From an uncultured virus (IMG/VR IMGVR_UViG_2923073944_000003) (taxonomy: Duplodnaviria; Heunggongvirae; Uroviricota; Caudoviricetes), in IMG/VR virus record IMGVR_UViG_2923073944_000003, positions 62,001 through 123,288 of that record: DNA of 61,288 nucleotides; one strand, written 5' to 3'. The notes under the pieces are model-generated. The model did not search any database. It was not told the DNA's origin and saw only the letters and a program-made list of their open reading frames with translations. The stretch's first letter is position 1; each line of letters starts with the position of its first letter. Position numbers and translations under genes: made by a program. Shown piece by piece: positions 36,560 to 45,800 of this stretch.

Positions 36560-37890
36560 TGAGTAGCAGTAAATTTGTAGGTCAGCTCAAACAAAACAAT
36601 GAGCAAATTAATAATCTTAAAGATCAATTTTTCAGAACTGAATCTCATATGTCAGATCATGAAAAACGCTTGAATGACAAAGTTGATGAGTTCATGGAAA
36701 AGCAGAATTTCGATTTGAAAATGCACATTCAAAACAATGAGAATCCACATCAAATTACAAAAGAACAAATTGGATTATCAAATGTACTCAATGAAGAGCA
36801 GGCTACAAAAGTGAATTTTGATAGCCATCTTGACGATAAGAAAAATCCCCATTCAGTTACTAAAAGCCAAGTTGGTTTGTCTAAGGTTGATAACATTCAG
36901 CAAGCAGCGAAAATTGATTTTGACGCTCACGATGCAGACCTCGATCGACATATCACAAAGGATGAGCGCAGTTATTGGAACAGTTCCGATGCAAGGTCAA
37001 AGTCTTTTTTAGCTGACCATACTAACGATCAATCAAACCCACACAAGGTTACTGCTGAACAGGTTGGGCTTGGGAATGTAGACAATGTAAAACAAGCCGC
37101 TAAAAATGATTTTGATGATCATCTGAATGACACCAATGTTCATATCAGTAAGTCTGATCGGGATAAATGGAACGCTGCTCAACTTTTCAAGCTCACTGCC
37201 GATGATGGAAAGATAATCTACAAAGACAGTTCCGAAAAAACGGAATACAATGATTTAATTACCTCCGGGTTTTATTTAATCGCTAACCAAGGGCTTCACT
37301 CCCCTGCTAACTTGTCCAATGTATATTTGGTTGTCATGAATTATGGTGATACAGTAGCCCAATTTGCTTTAGAAGCATATTACGGAACTCATACTTATTT
37401 CCGATTTAGAAAAAGCGATTTAACTTGGACTTCGTGGCAAACACATGAAACGACTGATGGAGCGCAATCCAGAGCTAATACTGCACTCAACTCAGCTAAA
37501 ACCTATACTGATACCAAGCTTTCCTCTACGACATGGTACACTCCTACTTTACAGAACGGATGGGTTAATTACACTGATGTTAACTCTACAGATCAAACAG
37601 TGTTTAAAACTCGGTATACAAAAGATGCAACAGGGACTGTTTTTGTAGAGGGCGCTATAGCAAAAGGAACGATCGGTTTTGGAGTAGCAGCATTCACCTT
37701 ACCTGAAGGCTACAGACCCGGAAGAGCGTTTCAGTGGGCTGGTGTAGCTTCCCAAGCAGGAATGTCAGGCATACCCCAGACTCACAGAACGCTTGTTGAT
37801 ACTGAAGGAAGAGTTATTATAGAAAGTTGTACAAATACCTCCAAACCCAATGATTACATTAGTTTCGGTTTTAATTTTAAGGCCGTGTAG
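36559..37890 (+). CDS. yomR: Tail fibre/receptor-binding protein with repeated NPHxVTxxQVGLxNVDN units
   Basis: Three NPH..VT..Q(I/V)GL repeats; C-terminal LQNGW / AFTLPEGYRP knob. Confidence 0.8.
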   Translation: MSSSKFVGQLKQNNEQINNLKDQFFRTESHMSDHEKRLNDKVDEFMEKQNFDLKMHIQNNENPHQITKEQIGLSNVLNEEQATKVNFDSHLDDKKNPHSVTKSQVGLSKVDNIQQAAKIDFDAHDADLDRHITKDERSYWNSSDARSKSFLADHTNDQSNPHKVTAEQVGLGNVDNVKQAAKNDFDDHLNDTNVHISKSDRDKWNAAQLFKLTADDGKIIYKDSSEKTEYNDLITSGFYLIANQGLHSPANLSNVYLVVMNYGDTVAQFALEAYYGTHTYFRFRKSDLTWTSWQTHETTDGAQSRANTALNSAKTYTDTKLSSTTWYTPTLQNGWVNYTDVNSTDQTVFKTRYTKDATGTVFVEGAIAKGTIGFGVAAFTLPEGYRPGRAFQWAGVASQAGMSGIPQTHRTLVDTEGRVIIESCTNTSKPNDYISFGFNFKAV

Positions 37891-37900
37891 GGAGAATATT

Positions 37901-38179
37901 ATGATGCAAGTATACAAATATGACGAAAATTATATTTATGAATCCCCTGTTGTACTTGAAGACGATAGTCCGCTTCCTGATAATTGCACTACTATAGCTC
38001 CATCCGATGGTCTTTATATTCCCAAATTCAATCCTAAAACAAAAAAATGGGTTGAGTCCGCATCGAAAGAATACATTGACAGTTTAAAACCACTTGACCC
38101 AGAGCCATCGGAAGCTGAAAAAGTTAAAAAACAATTAAGCGACTTAACATATCAACTAATGGTGGATGGTGTACTTTAA
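37901..38179 (+). CDS. yomQ: YomQ-like tail fibre assembly protein (ATG 37901)
   Basis: QVYKYDENYIY, PDNCTTIAPSDGLYIPKF. Confidence 0.65.
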   Translation: MMQVYKYDENYIYESPVVLEDDSPLPDNCTTIAPSDGLYIPKFNPKTKKWVESASKEYIDSLKPLDPEPSEAEKVKKQLSDLTYQLMVDGVL

Positions 38180-38332
38180 ATGAATTGGTATGAACTTATA
38201 AAAGATTATTACAATGACGGTAATGGTGTGTGGGATGAATATCGCGTAGCACAAGCTGTAGTAAAAGGCAAAATTACACCAGAACAGTACGAAGAAATTG
38301 TTGGAAAGAAATATATTGAACCAACTGCCTAA
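38180..38332 (+). CDS. yomP: XkdX-family small protein (missing from ORF track)
   Basis: MNWYELIKDYY...AVVKGKITPEQYEEIVG. Confidence 0.8.
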   Translation: MNWYELIKDYYNDGNGVWDEYRVAQAVVKGKITPEQYEEIVGKKYIEPTA

Positions 38333-38350
38333 TTATGATAATTTTAGATC

Positions 38351-39199
38351 ATGAAAATAATAATTTTTACAACATTAACTATTGCTTTAGTCATATTAGG
38401 AGGATGTTCATTTAACGAAGTTGATTCATCAGCTTTAGGATATGGGAAAGGAAGCAGTAAAAAATACGAGCCGCTAATGATTGCACACAGAGGCGCCTCG
38501 GAAATTGAGCCAGAACATACACTGCTCTCCTATGAACGAGCAATAAAAGAAAAAGCAGACTACATTGAAATTGATTTACGACAAACCAAAGACGGTCACC
38601 TAGTCGCAAACCATGACAAGACTGTTGATCGAACCACAAACGGCAAAGGAGAAGTTGAGGATCTCACATTAGATCAGATTAAAAAGCTACGTACTGGAAA
38701 AAGACAAAAGATATTAACTATTGAAGAGATCATTAAAAAATTTGGACAAACTACAAAATATTATATCGAGACTAGAACAAACAACAAAGGCAAATTAGTA
38801 ATGGAGAAAAAATTAATTGACATACTCTCTAAATATAAACTAATCGCTAATAACAAAGTTGTTTTAGAGTCATTTAGTGACAAAAGTCTAAAGAAGTTAC
38901 ATAAGCTAGACAGCGATGTTCCTCTTGTTCAACTTTTGAAAGATGAAGATATTAAGCCTATGAGCAAATCAAAGCTAAACGAAATAAAAAAATATTCAAA
39001 TGTTGTTGGGCCTAATGCCAAATTGGTTGATAAAGGTTTTGTTGATTTAGTCCACAAAAACAATATGAAAGTACATGTGTTTTTTAATGCTGATAGAGAA
39101 AGAACACTCACACCCAAAATGCTTAAGTTGAAAGTTGATGGACTTTTTACAAATAACCCATCTTATACAGAGAAAGTTCTAAAAGAAGATTATAAATAA
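38351..39199 (+). CDS. Glycerophosphodiester phosphodiesterase (GlpQ-like) lipoprotein
   Basis: Lipobox LGGC; IAHRGAS, PEHT, IEIDL..TKDG..NHD..DRTT, DGLFTN. Confidence 0.9.
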   Translation: MKIIIFTTLTIALVILGGCSFNEVDSSALGYGKGSSKKYEPLMIAHRGASEIEPEHTLLSYERAIKEKADYIEIDLRQTKDGHLVANHDKTVDRTTNGKGEVEDLTLDQIKKLRTGKRQKILTIEEIIKKFGQTTKYYIETRTNNKGKLVMEKKLIDILSKYKLIANNKVVLESFSDKSLKKLHKLDSDVPLVQLLKDEDIKPMSKSKLNEIKKYSNVVGPNAKLVDKGFVDLVHKNNMKVHVFFNADRERTLTPKMLKLKVDGLFTNNPSYTEKVLKEDYK

Positions 39200-39217
39200 A
39201 ATACAAGTTTTATTTAG

Positions 39218-39248
39218 ACACCTCTCCCCTTTTGAGGTGTCTTTTTTA
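39218..39248 (+). terminator. Intrinsic terminator after GDPD gene
   Basis: ACACCTC/GAGGTGT stem + T-run. Confidence 0.7.
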
Positions 39249-39281
39249 ATGAGTTCAGAGGATATATAAGGAGGAAATGAG

Positions 39282-39767
39282 ATGGCATCGAAAAAATTAA
39301 ATCTTGGGTTGATCGAAGAAAGTGTAAGCAAATATGACAAGAAAGAACGAGTGCAACTTACCGATGACGTTCATGTTTATATTTACCCTTACTTCTCCCC
39401 TACCCGCTTAACCAAAATGCTTACTGAATTAATTACGGATCAAGAAGAGGCAAAAGAAGCAGGAATTAAGTTTGAAGATATCAATCCTGTTCATTGGGGG
39501 AACTTTTCACTAATAAAAGAATTTACAGACTTAGGCATTCCAAACGATATCAAAAATAAGGTTAAGTGGTTTGTTAAATTAATAGACTCCGAATATTTCC
39601 CAATGATTATTAAAAGCTTTCCTGAAGAAAGTATAGAGAAACTTGAAAAAGCAGCAAAAATGATGAAGATGAGTTTAGACAAATTTTCCAACATGTCTAA
39701 AAAAGAAATAAATGAACTCATCCTTAATAGGGTCGAAGAGATTGAAAATGAACAAGAGGCTGAATAA
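39282..39767 (+). CDS. yomO: YomO-like protein (tail chaperone candidate)
   Basis: 161 aa, synteny. Confidence 0.6.
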   Translation: MASKKLNLGLIEESVSKYDKKERVQLTDDVHVYIYPYFSPTRLTKMLTELITDQEEAKEAGIKFEDINPVHWGNFSLIKEFTDLGIPNDIKNKVKWFVKLIDSEYFPMIIKSFPEESIEKLEKAAKMMKMSLDKFSNMSKKEINELILNRVEEIENEQEAE

Positions 39768-40183
39768 TGGCCAAGAACATAAAGGAAATAGCAGCACTAA
39801 TTGAATTTGCCGCGAAGCAAGCCGTTCAAAAACAATCCAGCACAAAAAATACGATGATTAAAACAGGTCAAGAGCATGTGCAATCTGATGTATATGACAC
39901 ATACGATCCTCTTGTATATGAACGTACTTCTCTTTTGAAGGACTCCTTCGTCATTCAAAATGAATCTAACGGAATTTCATTAGACAATACCCGTGAAGAC
40001 AACGGTAAGGATGTTGCCACGGTTGTTGAGACTGGTCAAGGGTACACGTATCCAGATAAATACGGTTATGGTTATGGAAAACCTCGCCCATTTATGAAGA
40101 ATACCGCTGAATCGTTAAAAGATGGACGATTAGCTGCTGCTATGAAAAAAGATTTAAATGCAAGTGGTATTAAAACAGAATAA
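39767..40183 (+). CDS. yomN: YomN-like HK97-gp10-type tail completion protein
   Basis: YERT..LKDS, KPRPFM motifs. Confidence 0.65.
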   Translation: MAKNIKEIAALIEFAAKQAVQKQSSTKNTMIKTGQEHVQSDVYDTYDPLVYERTSLLKDSFVIQNESNGISLDNTREDNGKDVATVVETGQGYTYPDKYGYGYGKPRPFMKNTAESLKDGRLAAAMKKDLNASGIKTE

Positions 40184-40196
40184 CGGTGGTGTATTA

Positions 40197-41198
40197 ATGG
40201 CCAGAGAAATAAAACAAAATATGATGCGCTCTAGAGCCGAAAAGTTGCCCGAAGTCACGGATGAAATGTGGGGTCAGGTTGATGACGAGCATAGAAGCTT
40301 AACTCAAGAGTTTCTTGACGCCCACTCATTCCGAGATAAAACCAGGAAGCAATACAACTCCTCTCTTCGTCAGTTCTTCTGGTGGGTACATAATTCCTTG
40401 AATGGGAAGAAGCTTTACAAAATATCCAAAAGGGATTTCATCAGATATCAAAGCTTCCTGAAAAATAGAGGGATGTCTTCAAGTGGAATAGCGTTAAAAA
40501 AGGCTGGAGTATCTTCTTTAAATAACTACATTGAAAATGTTGTTGCTGAAGATGACGATAATTACAAATCATTCAGGAACTTCACAAGAGGTCTCCCTGC
40601 CATCCCTAAAACAACCACGTATGAAAAAGTAAAGGTTACTTACGATGAATACAGAACAATGATGAAAGTGCTTGAAGAAGACAAAAACTATTTGGGGATG
40701 GCTTGGTTAGCTACTGCCTTTAATGTAGGTGCCAGAAGAGCTGAAATAATTCAGTTTAAAACCGAAATCCTGAATTATGAGATACCTGAAGGTCAATCTT
40801 ATGTCATGGCTCACAAAGTTCTTGGAAAAGGAAAGGGCGAAGGAAAACCTCTCGACTACATGATTAACACAGAAGCTCTGGAATATTTGAAGCTTTGGCA
40901 TGAACAGCGGGGATATGACCATGAATATCTATTTACCACACAGTACGGTGGTCAACCAAGACAAATGTCAGAGGGTTGGGCTGACTATTTTTGTTCTGAT
41001 GTTCTTTCTGATATCCTTGGCCGCCGCATTAACCCTCACCTCTTTAAAGCCTCCTGTATTACTTACCTTCTTGAAGTCAAGAAAATTAAGATTGAGCTCG
41101 TGAGTAAATATGTTGCACAGCATAATGATGTGTCTACAACAATTAAGCATTACGACCTTCGTGATTTTAAAGAAGAAAAGAATCAAATCTTCTCGTAA
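40197..41198 (+). CDS. yomM: YomM tyrosine recombinase-family protein (likely ATG 40197)
   Basis: SAM-like N-terminus; GARRAE, HLFK, QHNDVSTT.KHY catalytic pattern. Confidence 0.85.
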   Translation: MAREIKQNMMRSRAEKLPEVTDEMWGQVDDEHRSLTQEFLDAHSFRDKTRKQYNSSLRQFFWWVHNSLNGKKLYKISKRDFIRYQSFLKNRGMSSSGIALKKAGVSSLNNYIENVVAEDDDNYKSFRNFTRGLPAIPKTTTYEKVKVTYDEYRTMMKVLEEDKNYLGMAWLATAFNVGARRAEIIQFKTEILNYEIPEGQSYVMAHKVLGKGKGEGKPLDYMINTEALEYLKLWHEQRGYDHEYLFTTQYGGQPRQMSEGWADYFCSDVLSDILGRRINPHLFKASCITYLLEVKKIKIELVSKYVAQHNDVSTTIKHYDLRDFKEEKNQIFS

Positions 41199-41203
41199 AC
41201 ATT

Positions 41204-41458
41204 ATGAGCCTCTTCAATCCTCACCAAAGTTCAATTGAGAATATGCAACAGCAAATTAATAAATTGAACGAAGCTGTTGCTGAATTAACTAGGCAGCTTG
41301 ACGCTAAAGCTGATAAGAACCAATTCGGATCTAAACAGATTGATGAATCCAAGATCAGTGACGGTAAAGTTCTTGTTTACAACGCAAGCACCGGTAAACT
41401 TGAATACGGGAAGATTAAGAAAAGCTTGTTGGGTGACATATCAATTGATTTGCTTTAG
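41204..41458 (+). CDS. Hypothetical coiled-coil protein
   Basis: 84-aa ORF; DGKVLVYNASTGK motif; weak SD. Confidence 0.55.
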   Translation: MSLFNPHQSSIENMQQQINKLNEAVAELTRQLDAKADKNQFGSKQIDESKISDGKVLVYNASTGKLEYGKIKKSLLGDISIDLL

Positions 41459-41573
41459 GCAGCACTCTTTATGAAATCCCTCTTTTATGCAGAATCAAAA
41501 TCCTTCAATTGAGGGATTTTGCTTATGGATGAAATCTTAAACATATTTCCATATTTGACGATAATATGGAGAG

Positions 41574-42050
41574 GTGAATTTATTTATGTGGTTTAAAAAG
41601 AAAAAAATTAAAAAGCAAACAAACGCTTTAAGAGAAGTGTTACTTAAATGGACTGATGAAGAATTAATTGAATATATAATTGATAGCTTTGGATATTTTA
41701 ATGATAAAAACCCAAGAACTGAATTGAATCGCATACGAAGATTAGATAAAGACACTATTATTCTTGCAATTGCAAGGATGAAAAATATTGAAGAGGCCTA
41801 CGATAATTCAAAGCTTACTTCTGGGATTGTGGTAGGAACTTTTTTTATTAAAGCTTTAGTTGATTTCTTGCAATTTAATATTGATGAAAAGTCTTTTGAG
41901 TATTTACTTTCCCTCTCCTATTCAGTTATTATGGCAGCAGTATTCTTTTTCCTTATAATCTGTGGAGTAAACAAAGGGAAAACTCATCGATCTAATGCCT
42001 CACGTTACAGGAGCTTACTTGAACAAGTAAAGTCAGAAAAAGAGCAGTAG
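41574..42050 (+). CDS. Two-TM membrane protein, moron-like
   Basis: AT-rich ORF, SD GGAGAGGTG, preceded by hairpin 41497-41520. Confidence 0.65.
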   Translation: MNLFMWFKKKKIKKQTNALREVLLKWTDEELIEYIIDSFGYFNDKNPRTELNRIRRLDKDTIILAIARMKNIEEAYDNSKLTSGIVVGTFFIKALVDFLQFNIDEKSFEYLLSLSYSVIMAAVFFFLIICGVNKGKTHRSNASRYRSLLEQVKSEKEQ

Positions 42051-42127
42051 CTCAATTATCCAATATACAATTCTAACCTTTTGGAAACCATGATATAATG
42101 TAGGAAAATAATACTGGTGGTGGTTGG

Positions 42128-42754
42128 ATGATCTGGGCTATCATTCTGATTTTAGTGGTTGGCGCTTTCATTATTATTGGGGTTAGCGCTTCGGATAAGC
42201 AAAAAGAAATGGACAAAAAAAGAGCTAGTGAGATTGAAACAGTTGGAAATTTCCCTTCTAATTATAAGTCCATCATAAATCCAGATAAAAATGCAAAGCT
42301 TACTTTAATTGATTCAGAAGATAAATTTGTAATTCACAACTTCAAACAAGATGGAACATTAGGAGAGAGAATTGTCCCATTCAGCAAAATAATTCAAGCT
42401 GAAGTTACAATTGATGATAGCACAGTTACAAAAGTGTCCAAAGGAAGTCAAATAACAGGTGCTGTTGTTGGCGGGTTAGCCGCAGGAAGTATTGGAGCAT
42501 TAGTTGGCGGGCTATCTTCTAACAAGACAGAAACAAAGTACTTCAAAAAAATTGATTTAAAATTAAAGCTCGATGATTTTTCCTCCCCTATTTACAGATT
42601 TGATTTCCTGCCGAGTAAAGATGAATTTGGCCTAGAGAATGTTAAAGGGTTTAAACAGGATGATCCAAAAGTTAAAGATGCTTTATCAAATGCTGAAATA
42701 TGGCAAGGGATTATGGAGATAGCAATACGGAAAGCAAACAAAGTCGCTCAATAA
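42128..42754 (+). CDS. yomJ: YomJ-like membrane-anchored protein (superinfection-immunity candidate)
   Basis: N-terminal TM, GAVVGGLAAGSIGALVGG, ends ANKVAQ like SPbeta YomJ as recalled; own TATAAT promoter and terminator. Confidence 0.75.
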   Translation: MIWAIILILVVGAFIIIGVSASDKQKEMDKKRASEIETVGNFPSNYKSIINPDKNAKLTLIDSEDKFVIHNFKQDGTLGERIVPFSKIIQAEVTIDDSTVTKVSKGSQITGAVVGGLAAGSIGALVGGLSSNKTETKYFKKIDLKLKLDDFSSPIYRFDFLPSKDEFGLENVKGFKQDDPKVKDALSNAEIWQGIMEIAIRKANKVAQ

Positions 42755-42817
42755 TGAGTGGCTTTTTTATATGCCCTAAAAATTACTCTCCCCTATTCGA
42801 AAGGATGTGACCTATAT

Positions 42818-45800
42818 TTGAGTCAAGATTTAAAGATCATTCTCACACCCAAGGCTGATACCTCCTCAAAGACTGTCGAACAGTTAAATCAGCAAATTAA
42901 ATCTTTAGAGAAAAAGCTCAATTCCCTTAATTTAAAGACCAATATTGATGCCTCTGCTTTAAAGACTCTCAACGAATTCTCCTCTGCAGTTGAAACTTAT
43001 CAAAAACATCTCAAATCCTTCAATCAAACAGTTAAAGAAACCACAACGATTACAAGAAATGCTGATGGTACTGTTGAAAAGCTTACTCAGCAGTATAAGA
43101 AAAATGGCGAAATCATTCAGCGTGAAACAAAGACCATAGACAATCGTAATCAATCATTACGTGAACAAACACAAGAAGTTAACAGGCTTGCTCAAGCAAC
43201 TGAAAAACTTGGTCAGGTACAGAAGAGAACCGAACAAAAGAATTCTCAAGGACAAACAACGAGGGTTACTCAAAAGAATCGCAATGGCTTCGATGATATA
43301 ACTTATACAACTGACCCAAAAACAAACGCTACTACATCAAAAATAACAACGAACTATGATCAGCAACGAAAAGCAATTGAACAATTAAAGCTGGATCTAG
43401 AAAAACTTAGACAGCAAGGGATTGTGACTGACACCACCCTCTCTTCCCTCGGACGGAAATTAAACACTGCTCAAACAGCACAACAAATTGAAGCATTACA
43501 AAACAGAATTAAAATGCTCGATGATAAGTCCGCTGCGGTAGCGAAAAATAATGAGCTCAGAAAAACTATTGAGCTTTATCAACGCCAAGCGCAGGTAAAC
43601 GTACAAAACCTTAATACACGTTACGGCGATACAATGGGTGCCGGCAATAGACAAGCTGCTCAAGATTATTTAAATGCAGTAAATAGTCTTAATGTAAGTG
43701 CTGGCGGCAGTAATATCAGATCTCAAATTCAAAGCTTGAACATGCAATTTAGGGAGTTGGCTTCAAATGCTCAAACAGCGTCTAGTCAAGCCTCCTCTTT
43801 TGGCACGGAGTTAACTCAAGCTTTCAAAAGTATGTCGACATATTTGATCTCCGGTTCTTTGTTCTATGGTGCTATATCTGGGCTCAAGGAAATGGTCTCC
43901 CAGGCTGTTGAAATTGATACTCTAATGACAAACATCAGACGTGTAATGAATGAGCCTGATTATAAGTACAATGAGCTACTCGAGGAATCAATAAACCTAG
44001 GCGACACCCTTTCAAACAAGATCACTGACATACTCCAAATGACTGGCGATTTCGGACGTATGGGTTTCGATGAAAGTGAACTATCTACGCTTACTAAAAC
44101 CGCTCAGGTTCTACAAAACGTCTCTGATTTAACTCCTGATGATACAGTTAACACTTTAACTGCCGCAATGTTGAACTTTAATATTGCCGCAAACGATTCC
44201 ATTTCCATTGCAGATAAGCTTAATGAAGTCGATAACAACTATGCTGTAACTACTCTTGACCTAGCGAATTCGATTCGAAAAGCAGGAAGTACTGCCTCGA
44301 CTTTTGGCGTTGAATTAAATGACCTGATTGGTTATACTACAGCAATTGCAAGTACCACCCGTGAATCGGGAAACATTGTTGGTAACTCATTAAAGACAAT
44401 TTTTGCACGTATCGGGAATAATGATAGCTCAATTAAAGCCTTAGAACAGATTGGCATTTCTGTGAAAACAGCTAGTGGTGAGGCTAAATCCGCAACTGAT
44501 TTAATTAATGAGTTAGCAGACAAATGGAACACTCTCAGTGATGCCCAAAAACAAAATACCTCAATAGGCGTAGCGGGCATTTATCAGCTTTCTAGATTTA
44601 ATGCCTTGATGAATAATTTCTCCATATCACAAAATGCAGCGACCACTGCAGCTAATTCCGCAGGAAGCGCTTGGAGTGAACAGCAGAAATACGCTGACAG
44701 TTTACAGGCAAGATTAAACAGGCTGTCAAATGCATTTACAGAAATGTCGGTTGCCTCAAGTGAAGCTTTCATCTCTAATAGCATTGTTGTTTTTGCAGAT
44801 GCACTTAAAGGATTAATGCAAACAAGTGCTCAAATTACTAAAACAGTCGGGCTCCTCCCTCAAGTTTTTGGTTCTGCGACAACTGCAATCCTGCTTTTCA
44901 ACACCTCTCTTCGTACAGCTACCATCTCAACTGGAATGTCTGCAATATCAACCCTTAAAAATCTTGTCTTAAACTTTAATGCTGTTGGGATTGGCGCAAC
45001 CACAGCTTCAGCTAAAACTGCAGTTTGGACTCGAGTGGTTAATGCTTCAAGCGTTGCGATGAGCAACCTAAAGAAAGTAGCAGTCTCTACAAGCGCGTTT
45101 TTAGCCGGCAGTTTTCTTCCTATGGCAGCCATGGTTGGACTTGGCGTTGTTATTGAGAAGTTAATTTCTTCTTACTCTGAGTTGAAACAAGCTAGAGAAG
45201 ACTTTGAACAAGCGAAAACTACAAGCATTGAAGCAATTACAACCAATAAAGATGAAACTGATAAACTGATTAGCCAATACAAAGAACTGCAAAAGGCTAA
45301 AGATGGCGGAGCTTTATCAGCTGACCAAGAACAAGAATATCTGCAAGTAACACAACAATTAGCACAAACGTTCCCGAATTTGATCTCTGGTTATGATTCT
45401 CAAGGGCAAGCAATCTTAAAGAAAAACCAAGCACTTAAGGATGCTATAAAGTACACTGAAGACCTTAGTAATTTAAACAAAAAAGACATTCAAACAGGTG
45501 CCAATAGTAACTTTAAGGAAAGCTTAAAAGACATTGATAAACTCAATGATAAGATTAAACAGTATAAGCAGGTTGCCGATTATTATAAAAACGGCAAGAG
45601 TTGGGATATTTTCTCTTCTGAAAATGACAAAAAAAATCAAGGTATTAAAGCTGAACAAGATGCACTACGTACTGAACAAGAACTATCCAGCTCACAGGCT
45701 AAAATTAGAGAGCAAGTCCAACAGACAATTGATGCCTTTAACTCAATAAAGATAAACCCGAATCTTTCAAGGGAAATATCTAACGCATTTGATAAAATTG

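Noticed and set aside
36730..37150. Repeats in yomR as a diversity-generating or invertible cassette
   Set aside because: Ordinary fibre-shaft protein repeats; no reverse transcriptase, template repeat or inverted crossover sites seen
42758..42817. Upstream in-frame start of the tape measure ORF
   Set aside because: Lies in the yomJ terminator; SD supports TTG at 42818
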